Shown one piece after another: positions 45,176-58,317 of a stretch of DNA of 64,000 bases. The position numbers and the translations under genes were made by a program. The stretch is from Blasia pusilla (taxonomy: Eukaryota): contig CM114271.1 of NCBI GenBank assembly GCA_050084515.1, forward strand, positions 5,208,001 to 5,272,000, given 5' to 3'. Each line of letters starts with the position of its first letter. Position 1 is the stretch's first letter. The notes beneath the pieces were generated by a model. That model was not told where the DNA came from, searched no databases, and saw only the letters and a program-made list of their open reading frames with translations.

Positions 45176-48100
45176 CAAAGAGAGAATGAGTGAGTGAGAG
45201 AGCTTCATGGGTGAGCTCGCTGGTTGCTTGATGTTTCGTGCAGGTTGGGGGACCGTGCTCCCCGCTTCATGGCTTATGGGAGTGCTTACCGAAGCAAGAG
45301 CCCTGCGAGTTTGCTGTTTTGCTTTGCTGATTTTTTGTACGGGAGAGTGGCACACGGAAGTGCTGGCCAATTTTCAATAGGAATTGAGTATGGGGGCAGA
45401 TTGCTCCATGCTGGTGCTCTCGAAAGCACTATGTAGCTTGCTGATTTGTGTTCTTATAGATTTTATACTTTCGTAGGGAGAAATCAGCGCGGAAGCGCAA
45501 CCAAATTTTGTGTAGGAGAGAGAGACGTTGGGCTTTACGACAGTCCCCGTTGGTTTTTACTGGAATGTTTGATTCAAAATATTTTTTGACGCTATTGTAG
45601 ATCATGAAGCTCTGCACGTTGTGCAACAAACGGTGTGCAATTTGGAGTTGCGAATTAAAAGTTATGTTCCACCCGTTTAGAGCATGGAACGGTATATTAC
45701 AGCATTTAGAGGGGGCACCCATGGACAATTACCATGAGTTCTCCCATAGATATGCCTAGGAGATTGAGGCATGATGACTCTACTATGACCCACACTATGT
45801 GTCATGGATGGAGCGATTCCCAGATGAGGAGGAGGAGTCAGGAGAGGCTACTTCCTTTTCCACTAGTGATGTTTTAGGAGGGGTCACTCGCACTGGAGCA
45901 GTTGCACCATCTAGTCGCGTTCGTCCCATGCTCAACCCCATGGTTGAGTTCTTCGCTGAGTTGAGGACGAGGGGATACGAATGGAGAAGTTACGGAGCAT
46001 CCACGACTTCCAAAGGTGTCCGGGTGAGAGTTTGCGTGAGGCTTACACTCGCTTGCACCGATTGATCAACGTCACTCAAGGGGTGATAGAGGCTTTGGCT
46101 ATCTAGTCATGGTACGCGATGCTGGACTGGACCTTGCGGACACGGGTGCGAGAGGGGGTGCTTCTTATGAACACCTCCTCTACTTTGAGAGATGTTTTTA
46201 GGACCTCCAAGAACATTGAGCACAACATGGCGAAGGAGAGCGCAACCACCATGGGTTCTGGGCGAGAGCAGTCATGATTGCCTGCGCCACGAATGCAACA
46301 ACGTGGACTCCGAGATAGGTCAACTGTGGCACCACAAGCTCAAGGAGAATACTAGGAGGCCGTGCCACAAAGACTTGCACCTTCATATGCGGCTCAACAA
46401 TAGTTGCCTACGATTACTTGTTGGTCATATGGTGGAGCCCACCATCAGCATGATTGCACTCGTGAGGATCCAGGACGTGTGCCTCAGCATGGAGGAGGAG
46501 ATGGCGCTATTCCAAGAGGTTATCAATGTGACTATTGTGAGAGGTATGGTCACATAGGCGCCAAGTGTTTCAGTTTACACCTTGAGTTACCTCCATACCG
46601 AGGGCCAAAGAGGGCACCAGAGCGAGTAGCGGGTCCGGATGGGGCTAGAGATCGTGCACCTGGTGGTCGTGTGGGGGGACAAGGAGCTGGAGTTTCCCGA
46701 TAGGGTGGTGGAGGTGCCCGTGGATGAGGTGAGGTCCCACCACCTGGACGCATCAAGGGGAATGCTAGGCGCGAGGCTGGGATGGTTGCTCAGAAACATC
46801 AGCTACAGGAGCAGATTGCCGCTATGGCATTGAGGTTACCCGATGCTGGATCCATGGCATCGACATCATATGGAGCAGACAGAGATATGGAGGATCTTGG
46901 TGGGATGTGTGGGGTTGCCTAGATGGAGGCCGCCGCAATTGTGATGCATGGAGTAGCTGCAGAGTCGGATCCACAACGAGGGGAAGCCAGGAAATAGACT
47001 AGGCTTCCTCCGTCTTTCACGTTGTCGAAGGTGATGAGGATCCCATCGATGGGTCCTGATCAGAGTTCCCGGAGAGTTGGTAATGTTATTGCTGTGTAGG
47101 CACGGAGGGCAATGGGAGAAACAAGTGTGATGACTCCTATTGTTGATGCTCAAAAAGAGCACATGTCGAGTACGATGTTGGGGGCGGCCACGATGGTGTA
47201 CCGTGCTCCGCTATTTTTTGCTTCCGATTTTATGACATTGGGAGGTACACCTGCCGAGGTATTCCGGTTGGCCGCTATGCTATGTGAGTGTGGAGTTGGA
47301 GTTCTTGTATCACGTTTCGAGGTGATTGCAGAGGAGGTGATGGGCCTGCCCTTGGAGCTGATGCTAGGGCCATCCACGTCAGATTCATGGCAGGTTACAG
47401 CTGCTAGGATGGCAGAGATGCCTGCTAGACTCGCGGTAGAGCATGCCATGGCTTCTCTTGGTGTTGTGTTGATGGATAACCAGGGAGAGGTCTTCCAATT
47501 AGTGAGTCCCGTAGGTAGAGCTTTTAGTCCGCATCGCGTCTTGTTGGATTCAGGAGCGCAATCCCTAATGTTGGGGAAAGCATCATTCAGAGGATAGGGC
47601 TTGACGAGAGCCGATGTGGAGCGTTGTCCATTCCGGATACAGACATCCTTGGGTGGAGCGAGTACCACACAGTATATCACCCGACAGGAGGTTGTGGTGA
47701 GGATTCTTCGGGGACATCCTACAGATGAGTCCGTGGTGCGAGCCAAGGCGATAGTGACAGATGCAAAATCCTATGACGTCTTGGTTGGTGGAGTAGTGTT
47801 ATACCCGATGGGGTTTTCCTTGGATTATTGGGAGGAGTTAGCGTCCTACAGACCAGGATGGCAGTCAGGTGATGGGCGCCTTAGCTCATTACCCGTTCGA
47901 TTCACAAGTGTAGTGATCGAGCAACGGCCAGGAGAGATGGCGACCTTAGCAACATTTTTCCAATCAAATTGGACTCTTACCTCATGAGAACTTCTCGGGG
48001 AGGTTTGTTATTTGGAGCATTTAGCAGTGCCATCACTTGGCCTAGTGATTTGATTGAGGGACATGTCCATGAAGTGGATACTCCCCTTCCTGATATTTCT

Positions 48101-48325
48101 CTGCAGAGGAGTGTAATGGTAGCCACATCAATCTGTGGAGGAGAGGTGCCGCTTTGGGGCTCAACTAAAGAGCTTCCACCCTTAGCCACTGAGCATGTGC
48201 AGACCGCGTGGAGCGAGATGCTTGCACCAGAGTGTGACAAATCAGAGGAACCCCAAGTAGGCAAGAGTGCTGCTATGACCCCTTTGGACACCACCCCGAT
48301 TATGTGGTGCATCCTAGAGAAGGGT

Positions 48326-48897
48326 ATTCGCGTGTTGGATCTCTTTGGAGGGATCAACATTGGGTTAGCTGCTATTTTGCAGGCTAGAGTGCGCGTGCAA
48401 CAGTATCTATATGTGGAGATTGATGATGTTGCGAGGTGCCCTTCACTTCACCATGTGGCGCAGTTACATATCCATTTTTTTTTACTTGTTTTCTGCGTCC
48501 GCCATTCACGGTTACCAAAGTTCCCTACCGAGGGACATTTCATTGTCGGGGGCGCAGGACTTGGAGCGGAAAGGGACCATAGACTTGGTCATTTCTGGTT
48601 GGCCATGTCAGGGCCAATCGAGTGCTGGACGGGGTAGCGGATTAGCTGACTCTCGATCCAAGTTGTTCAAGGAGATGATGCGGATCTTGAACATTTGCTG
48701 GAGCATCAGTCTCATCTTCTAACATACATTCTATAGAGTATATACCAATTTTGGGCGATTTGAGGTCCCGTGTGGTGACAAGTGCACATCAAGTGCGCGC
48801 ATGGATTGGCTTGGCAATTTTGTTGGATGCGGCCATTGTGGGCTCACAAGCATATCGCCGACATCTTTGGTGGACCAACTTGGTACCACACAAGGTG
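48326..48897 (+). pseudogene. N-terminal half of the DNMT3-like C5 cytosine methyltransferase domain of element D
   Basis: IRVLDLFGGINIGL (motif I), YVEID (II), DLVISGWPCQG (IV, catalytic PC) and AYRRHLWWTNL (VIII); frameshifted. Confidence 0.88.
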
Positions 48898-49464
48898 TGT
48901 CGTGCGAATCCACATCGTCATACAACATACATTGCTGACATACCATACTCACATACATACATAACATAGACGAGAGCATCCACAAACACAAGTGTACCAC
49001 AACAGAAATCCGTGAAAGACCTACTGTCATAAAACACGTATACAATCACATACAATCGAGCCAAACCTACTCCACGATGGGAGAATCTAGGTCGAAGCTT
49101 GCGAGAAACACCATAGCCAAGAGCTCTACTCACTACCAAGGCTAACTCCCAACGCAACAGGCTCAACTCAAAGAACTGACTGTTCTTTGAGTGCACTCCA
49201 CCTTATATCCTCCAACCTAAGAGCGGTCCCTACTGGGAAAGTCAACCCCCAACCCTATGTATGAAACCGCATCTCTACCAAGCCACTACGATCCTACATA
49301 AGGAATGGCCTCTACTAGCACACTATACTCTACGACATAATCCGTATGGTCATGACGGTCGTATGCGAATCCACATCGTCATACAACATACATCGCTGAC
49401 ATACCATACTCACATACATACATAACATAGATGAGAGCATCCACAAACACAAGTGTACCACAAC
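48898..49464 (-). repeat. Split 3' terminal repeats of element C: B2 48898-49003, A2 ~49005-49357, B1 ~49358-49464
   Basis: B1 and B2 are ~106-bp direct repeats. A2 matches 58318-58684. PPT at 49465-49474. Confidence 0.92.
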
Positions 49465-49637
49465 TCGCCCCCCTAACTGGCGGTTAGGTCCCTCTAACTC
49501 CCAGGTAGCCCTATACATCTACTACATGCTATACACCTTCTTGGGTGCCCGAATCATAAGGCCGGGTGCTAGGTTGCCCCATCATTAGTCGCACATCTGT
49601 AATCCATATCATGCAAAGATCAAGTCATCTACCTCTC

Positions 49638-52600
49638 CTAAGTACATCGAGGACAAACCCACCTTCCAATAGGAACAACATCCATACGTGGAGTCAAACA
49701 CATCATGTGCCAACCCCTAGAACACCGATCACACACCAACATACGGGTTGCGTTACCAGCAGATCCACACAACATGCACCTCAAGCTAGCACGGATCATG
49801 GCTAAGCTTGGGTCAACAGTACCATCCACATTTGGAAGATGATATGGCGCACAATTACGCACATGGTCCTTCCAAACAACTCCATCACGACCCTCCAACA
49901 TGAGAACTCCGAAGCTAACACCTCGCGCTTTTCGTAAAATAGTGCGGCGTGCCGTCACATCCAACGTTGTCGGTGCAATCTGCTGCAAATAGACATAGTC
50001 CCCCACATGGAACCTACGAATCGATGGTCGATAACCTCCACCCCGAATGGTTGCATACCGCAACGTATCCCTGTGTTGAGCAATGGCAAGATTCTGAAAG
50101 GCTGTTGGCATAACTCTCCGAAAGAGCTCGCCGGCGAGAACACACTCTCATCCACATCTCTGGGTCATCAAGGTTCACCACCTCACTAGACTCCCGACGA
50201 ATTGCTACTGGCAAGTCTGGATCTCGACCGTATAATAGAAAATAAGGTGAGAAGGAAGCCAAGGATGCTTGGCGACTGAACCTATACCCCATGGCTAATC
50301 ATGGCAACTGAATATCCCAGTCTCTAAGATGCCCCTTCTGTAGGCCATACTTACGCAATGCCCTCTTCACTGTCTGAACCACACGCTCAGCCAAACCATC
50401 CGCCTCTGGATGCTCTTGAGACGTGGTCCGATGATCAATCAACGCCTTGTCACACAAGACCTGAAACTCACCCTGAAACTCTATACCCTGGTCGGTCAGC
50501 ACTTCAGCTGGTGCACCAAAATGACTAAGCACTCTATCAAGAAACGCATACGCCGTTCCCTCACTTGCCTTGTCCGGTAATGCCACCAACTCAATCCACT
50601 TGAGAAGTGCTCCACCATCACCAACACATATCGATGATGTAAATCGATACCAACGGTAACGGTCCCGCAAAGTCCACACTCCAACGGTAACCCAACCCCA
50701 TAATAGGCAAGGGGTGTAATTGTGGTGTACGGGCATTGAATGATGCCCTCACTCGGTCACAAACCATACAACGTGACACCAACTGCTGCACCTGAGTATG
50801 CATGCCACGCCACCAATACTGGCCAAGGAGTAAGCTATATGTACGCTTTACCCCAAAATGTCCCAACTCTTCATGGGCATGTCGCACAATGCGCTCTCTT
50901 TGAGCCAAATATGGCACTACTCGTACTCTACCATCCTCCCACACGCGGAGAATATGTGTTCCCTCCAATCGATACCTCTTAGCACGTTGAAGAACACGGT
51001 CTTGCTCCTTGGCACTCACTATGCCTGGCATCCTACTGGTCCGTAGGAACTCCAACACCAACGCATCATTATGAATATCACGCTGATCCGTACCACCATC
51101 TCCAACCTTAGGATCTGAAGGCTGGCCATCTACCCTCTCACTAGAGTAAGATATCATGTGATCCTCCATACTAGAGTCCACCCCAAACCAACATAAAAAG
51201 GCGGATGCATGCCAACCTGGCACCATCTCCTCATCAACCTCGCCATGCCATCTAGCCCCAGTTGTATCCTCTTGGCTAGTACATGGGTTCCTACTCAACC
51301 CATCGGCATCAAAGTTGGCAACTCCAGGTCTATGTACCACCTAGAAGTCATACTCCTGTAAGATAAGAGCCCACCGTGCGAGCTTCCCTGTAAGCTTGTA
51401 AGACTCCATCAACCATTTGAGCGGCTGGTGATCAGTAACAAGGGTAAACTGTGTGCCAAACAAGTAACACCTAAAGTGTGCCACAACCCACACTACTACC
51501 AAGCACTCTCCCTCATATGAACTATAGCGCGACTCCGCTACATTATTCGAACGACTTGCATAGGCCACCACAAACTCCATGTGCTCATCATCATGTTGTG
51601 TCAACACCGCTCCAAGTCCTAACCTACTCCAATCAGTGTGTAACTGAAATGGGCGTCCTCTGATAGGTCTCCTCAAGATAGGCGTCGCCACCAACTGGGC
51701 CTTAAGCTCCACAAAAGGTCTCTCCTTATCATCTCCCCAATGCCACTCTTGATCTGATTTCAGCAATTGGTTCAAAGGCTTTGCCATAGCACTAAATCCC
51801 TTCACATACCTCCGATAGTAGTTCGCCAATCCCATGAATGCTCAAACTCTACTCACATCTACCGGACGCGGAATAAGTACAATAGCCTCCACCTTTGCTT
51901 CCTAAACTCCCAAACCACCTGGATAGATCACATGACCGAAGTACTCAACATCCTCATGGAAGAACTTACACTTTCTTGGATGCAAACGTAGACCATGAGC
52001 TTTCAACCGCTCAAACACCATCTGCAAATGTATCTGATGCTCCTCCACCGTATTACTGAACACCAAGATATCATCAATGTAACACCGAACAAAATCCAAC
52101 CCTGCTAGGATCCTGTCCATCACTCTCTGAAACTGGGCAAGTGCATTCTTCAACCCAAAGGGTAAGAATTTCCACTGGTACAAACAATCCTTGCCATGAG
52201 AGTTGACACCCCAAACTGCTGTCTTGGCCTTGTCACTCTCCCGAATCGGCAATTGATGGTATCCTGCCCGAAGATCCAAAGTACTGAAAATCTTTGCCTG
52301 TCCCACCACATCAAAGATCTCCTCAGGTGTAGGCATGGCATACCTATCGGCCTTGGTTTGCCGATTGATAGGACGGTAATCTCCACACATCCGCCTATCC
52401 GTGTAGTTGCCATGCATATCCTTTTTAGCAGGCATGACAATGGCTAATGCATACTCTCCATGCGACAACTCCACTAATCCAGCCTCCAAAAGGTCCAACG
52501 TCCTACTCTGAATCAGGTCCCTCTCCATATCACTATATTGGTAGGGACGACGGAAGATTGGCGTATCACTAGCCAAATCAATCCGTATACCGGGTCCAAC

Positions 52601-55600
52601 CAGAGAACCCAACTCCTTCATGCTAAAGGCAAAACAACTCCTATAAGCACGTAGGAACTCTGTAAAGCGTCGTTTCTCACCTCCCGTAAGCTTGGGCCCA
52701 AGTAATGGCTCCCAGGTCTCCTCCACTGGCACACTAGAGGGAGAGGACGATGCCATTGGCTGCTACGAAACCCCCTCACAAGATGGTACACCCTTAGCTA
52801 CACCATCATCTGAGCAAATAACTCCTCCACCAGCATGAGCAACCAACTCCACATGCCCAGCCATAACATCCCATTTACTCCAAGGATGCAAAATACTACT
52901 CTCCTCGCCCCCAGCCGATGCCTCTACCGTCCCGGTAGCCATCGAGCTCATTACAAGGGGTGGAAGACCCACAGACATAGTCCGAAGTTGACGGTGCTCG
53001 GCCATACCAAGACTCAAAATCCAAGTCAAACAATTCAGGTCCATGGCTTGACCCAACACATGACGTCGTGAAGCCTCAGAAATAGAAGCAACCGCTGTCA
53101 CACCAGTAGCAAATCCCATCGCACGCTCTCTTTCATCACCGTTAGGCTCCACCAACGGTCGCACATGAGAATCCCATACAAGCCCCGGACCACCTTCTCT
53201 GTAGGCATGTGACGAGGGAAAACTCACAAATGTGGGTAGTGCCATCCTAGGCTGGCCCACACGGTTCACCACTGCCATGGGTGACCGATCAATAACCCTC
53301 ACCACTTGAGAAAGTCGCCCAGTATCCAAGATACTATCCACGGTAAGGCAAGGATCCCGCTGCACTGCATCATATGCTTGACGTAGACCCTCCCTAGGCA
53401 ACAAGTTTGTCCACCACAAGCGTGGACGATGTGCACGCGAGCCAACTCGCGCTGCATCCAACAATACCGCTGGTCCAATCCAAGACCGCACCTCATGAAC
53501 ACTCGCCATCATCCGGGTCCGAGTGTCACCCAACAATGGAACATTCTCCAGAATGTAAGCTGGAGCACGTGCCAGATAAACCTGAAGATGTCGTAACACC
53601 CGTAACATCTCCCAAAACAATCGAGACCTAGGGTCATGTAATCCCTCACCACGACCTGCACGTGTATGACCCTAACATGGCCATCCAACAATCACCAAAT
53701 CCTTAGGACCAACCCTCTCAAGGTCCTACGCCCCCAACAATGCAATGTGTGATGGCAAAGCACGTTGGTACCCACGAATAGTTGATGGCGGCAACAACTC
53801 AGGATATCTCCGCATCAACTGACCAATATGTCGGGATGAGACTCTATGGGCCGTCTCATCTCGCTCCACATACACGTATCTCCACACAGGAATACCGGCC
53901 TCCAACACTGCAGCCAAACCAGTGCTAATCCCACCAAAGAGATCTAACACACAAATGCCCTCCGGCGGATACTGCCATACAATGGGTGTAGTATCCAAAG
54001 CGGATAACCCAACTGGACCAGAAGTAGGAGTCCGCCGTGGGGCCTCCTCTTCCTTGTGAGGTATAACAGCCTCACACCAAGCCTCCTGCACTAGGCGATC
54101 AGCCTCTTGCCGTAGTGCACCGCCTGAACTCCAAAGTGGCACATCCAACGATGAGGATGCCACTGCTGCAAGAATAGGGACCTTCTCTACCTCCTCATGC
54201 GTAGGAGAATCCATAGCAGAAACATTACCCTCCAAAAAGTCTCGTGGCCAAGTGACTACTCCACTAAAACCAGCCACAGATGCTAACACTGTTGGGGAAG
54301 ACCCTCCTGGTCGAGCCCCAGAAATAAATCTCACAAGAACTTGGCTCATACATCCATCCCCGGACTGCCAACTAGGTCTATAAGACGATGTCTTAGTCCA
54401 GTAATCCATCTGAAAACCCATCGGGTACAATACTGCTCCTCCAACTAGTACATCATACGACTCGGCTGATGTGACTACCGCAGATACTCCCGACCGGGAG
54501 CTATCAGTCGCATGATCTGGTCTCAACTGTACAGAAAACTTCTCCCGTGTCATGAATTGAGACCTATCATTGGCTCCTCCAAGTGATGTTTGAATGTGGA
54601 ATGGGCAAGGCTCAAGCTCTGACCTCCGAATACCTAAACCAATACATGCCGCCTTTCCCAACATCAAAGGTTGGGCACCGCAGTCTAACAAGACTCTATC
54701 TGGTCTATACACTTGTCCTGTAGGACTCACCAATCGGAAGATCCCACTCCGGTTGTCCAACATACATACACCAGGTGTAAGCCTCTCACGATCAATGGCT
54801 GGCCGGGCTGGTAATGCATCCATCTTCGCCGCCGCCGCCGCTAAGTAGCACGGGTACTCAATGCTACACCTGACATAGAGGGTCGCTCCACCACAACACC
54901 CTCATTCACCTCAACACGTATAGCAGTAATACCCCCACGTTCACACAACGTGGCTGCTAGCTGAAATACAGGAGCTAAGTCAACTCCTAAAGCCATCGGC
55001 TCCGTGGCGAAAATAATGGGGATCCTAACACCGAAGTTGCCATCCGCAATCTTGCCGATCGATGTCGCATCCGTGTCTACTACACGCGATGTAGATGCCG
55101 AGTCCCCACTGTCGGCTCAATAGGGCGTGAGGAACCATGGATGGAGTCCTAAGCACCTCAAACAACAAGAATGATGGGAAGCCTAGCCGCCTCCCGGCCT
55201 CACCCCTCTGTGGGTCCAACTCACAAGAGCACCACGTGGCTCGACGCTCGAGTGGCTCCTCTCAACCGCATTGATGCCTCAACTTGTCTTTGCACTCGCC
55301 ATATAAGAGAGATCATCCCCTCCATAAGAGGTGGAAGCCCTCGCTCCCGAACCTGATCTATCCGGATACCAACCATAGTAGCCAACTTATGCTCCAATCT
55401 GCTCAATCCTGGCACCATAGTTGACTTTGTCGTAGTGGTAGGGGTAGCCACCGAGGCTCTCCAACCACTAGTCCACCTCTACCACCCCTACCACCTCTAC
55501 CACCTCGGCCTCTCGGAGCTACTCCACCACGGCCGCGGCCTGATCTCAACTCTGGATGAAGATCAAAGCAACGCTCTCGAGGATGACCTGGTCTCCCGCA

Positions 55601-56805
55601 ATGATCACACTGAGTTGGGGCCGACTGAGGCCCATCCTCCAAAGTCCGTCTCCCATCCTCTTGGGGACAAACCTTCCTAACAGGATCACCTCCACATGTC
55701 CAACATGACTGTCCTTGCTGCCAAGTAGCAAATGAAGGCAATGGTCTCTGCGCAAGTGTCCCTCTAGGACCTGACTGAGGTTGTGTATACCCCCCACGAC
55801 TCCCACTACTACTACCACCACCACTACTACGAGACTGTGAGGTGGGCTACTGAACATGAGAAGTAGTAGTTGTATCCCTACTGAATGCGGATATCACCAC
55901 TCTCTCCTTCACCATGTTAAGCTCAATCTTCTCAGATAGAGCAAACACATGGGTCAATGTGGGTGAATCATCACTCATAAGAGAATCATCACGTACCCTA
56001 CGGCGCAAATCTCTGTCCAAGATCCCATACCAAAATCGGATCGCCTGATCCTCGCCACACCCTCGGTAATCGAAATCAAGCGTCGCATACGAGTGTATGC
56101 CTCACGAAGACTCTCACCAGTCTTTCGCTCAAATTCCTGAAGACTCCTCAACTTCTCCGTCTTCACTCCATGATAGTTCTTCTTCAACCTCTTGAAGAAC
56201 TCTGCAACCGGGCTGAACGATGGTGGGGCACTAGTACCTCCACTAGTACCCCCACTAATACCTCCACTGGTACCCCCACTCTGGCTCGTACTCGTACCAC
56301 TCAACGTTGGGCTGGATGGCATAGTAGGAGCACTACTACCAATACCACCATGGGTGATAGACACATAGCTTGGAGACCAATATTGTCTCCATGCCTCAAT
56401 CTCAGCAACATGGTCCTTCCTAAGCTCATGGTAATCATCCATGGGTGGTCCTTCCAAGTGCTAAAACAACCCCTTCCAAGCCAAGAAGGGTGTAAACAAC
56501 ATCTGCATATCACACCACGTATCAAACTCCTACATGAAGTCCTCCAACTCAATGGTGCCCACTACACCCGAATATCGTCGTGGGACCTTCATGGCCCCAT
56601 ATCCACCGTCCATGTCCCAAATCAATGGAGCTGCAACACTCGATAACAACATAGAAGACTCGGTGTTTGGAACACCCTCGTCCTCCTCTTCATCAACCGT
56701 CGGAAGTGGAAAAGGTAGCCGATACCTAAATCCACTCCGTGTGAAACCACCACTGTCCGCACCACGGTCCCCAACCAGACCACCCGACAGCTCCGTGATG
56801 ACCAA
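49638..56805 (-). pseudogene. gag-pol of element C: Gag (~56805-55450), protease (~54685), DNMT (~53960-53010), RT (~52600-51900), RNase H (~51700-51340), integrase (~50900-49800), PHD (~49780-49640)
   Basis: CDHCGRPGH...C; VLLDCGAQ; VLDLFGG; YILENVP; RRMCGDYRPIN; YIDDILVFS; LHTDWS; HEELGHFG...CMVC; WSVDFAGP; VLTDQGIEF; DGLAER; CMLC...CDRC...WHMMCLTP...WVCPRC. Broken by stops and frameshifts. Confidence 0.93.
53010..53960 (-). pseudogene. DNMT3-like C5 cytosine methyltransferase domain within the polyprotein of element C
   Basis: Motifs in canonical, non-permuted order: ICVLDLFGGISTGL (I), YVERD (II), VIVGWPC*G (IV), YILENV (VI), RAHRPRLWWTNL (VIII), ERERAMGFATGVT (IX), RRHVLGQAM (X). Confidence 0.92.
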
Positions 56806-58304
56806 CGCCGATGCCGCACCACCACCAAATTACCACCACCAAATAACCAAGTGACGTCGATGTCGCTATACTATTCTAGCTCTACTAGCTATGGGTGTAG
56901 GCAACCTAACTTGTCATTACCACAAGAAGCCTCCCACGGTCTACTCGTCATCCCTCTAGCCTCACTACCGGTAGCACACAGGAGTAACACTACTCTGGAA
57001 ATCAGCGTCAACCCTAACAATGGGCGCGCAAGCAAGAAGCACCGATGGAGGGGATCCAAACACAGGAAGTCCAACGACAACCCTCCAATCGCAAATGGAA
57101 ATCAAGGTAACATAATCCACCAAACGTGGTGCCCCCTGAATCCACAAAACCCACCACACAATTTTAACGCAATAGCTACTCCGCCGCGGGTCGATGACAT
57201 GCTAGTCGAACTCGCAGCACCTGAAAATATCACCTGCATGGAGAGGCTACACCGTACTATGCGCTAGAGGAACATCAACCAAAAACCTGAGATGCATAAA
57301 GCGCCTAACACATCTCAAAACAGTACCAAATAAGCTACAACAGTGTGTACACTGGCATAGTTAAGAACTCAGCAGTTAAGCGTCCTCCAGGCAGAATAGC
57401 CCAAACATGGATGACCAGTTATGCAACACTCAAATCCCAAATCCTGCAAAAATTCCCTCACGCCCAAGCAAGCAAGCTTGCTTGCTTGCTCCTTGCTCCT
57501 TACTCCGCCTCTCACGCCCGCTCGCCCCGAGCTACCACGAGTTGCCTCGAAGCCTCAAAACGCCGAGACATGCCCCGTTCGCCACGCTTCGCCATGCTTC
57601 GCTATGGAGAGAGGCCCAACCAGGGCGCCCCCAATGGGATAGGCGTCTCCAACAATGAACGAGTCACCAACCAACGAGCCCCTCCAATCCGCTGTCCACC
57701 ATAGCCAGACCTTGAGCTAGTCCGCAAAATTTCGATCAACAATTACTTCACAAATCCGTGACCAAAATCGAATCTGTTTCAACCAGAATTCAATTGACCA
57801 CCATAGCTATCTCTCCACAAAAAATCAGCTACAACCAAGCTCTGTACTCCGAGCTAAAAATCAGACAAACTTGCTGTCCAGAATCGCAAAAATCGCAAAT
57901 CCGACAGCGCTTCCGCCGAGTTTCATGCACGCAGAAATCCGCACCGCTCCACGCACTCAAGCAGATAGCTTCACATCAGATCACAATACAAGTAGCAACA
58001 GGAATCTCTCACCCGATCTGGATGAACTTCAACAGAGCTTCCGCACTCCAAGCTCTCCACATCAGAAAACCGTCGAACACGAACCAGAATCTTCAATCCT
58101 TGATAACTTCCAACTCCCTTGACAAAATCCAACGATCTAAAGCGCGTTGGAAAGCTCTCAGCAAGGCGCTTCTTTCCTAACCAACCACGCATCAGATTCA
58201 TACCTCCAACATAGGCCACAAGCCACAAACATCCACGGCTGAGTACACAATCAGCCCTAACCAGATCCTACTGATCTACAATCGAAGCTACCATCGATCT
58301 ACTC

Positions 58305-58317
58305 CAGTTCTTTGAGT
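58305..58317 (-). promoter_or_regulatory. Putative self-priming primer-binding site (ACTCAAAGAACTG)
   Basis: Lies immediately 3' of A1 and is the exact reverse complement of CAGTTCTTTGAGT at the predicted TSS (58491-58479). Confidence 0.72.

Noticed and set aside
48326-53960. DNMT as a host DRM/DNMT3 gene or a bacterial restriction-modification contaminant
   Set aside because: It is intronless, embedded between protease and RT at the same position in two subfamilies, has non-permuted motifs, and sits in clearly eukaryotic surroundings.
58280-58293. TGGTAGCTTCGA on the minus strand as a tRNA primer-binding site
   Set aside because: It lies ~25 nt away from the end of repeat A and does not match the initiator-Met PBS (TGGTATCAGAGC). 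The adjacent self-complementary site fits better and has a counterpart in the other subfamily.
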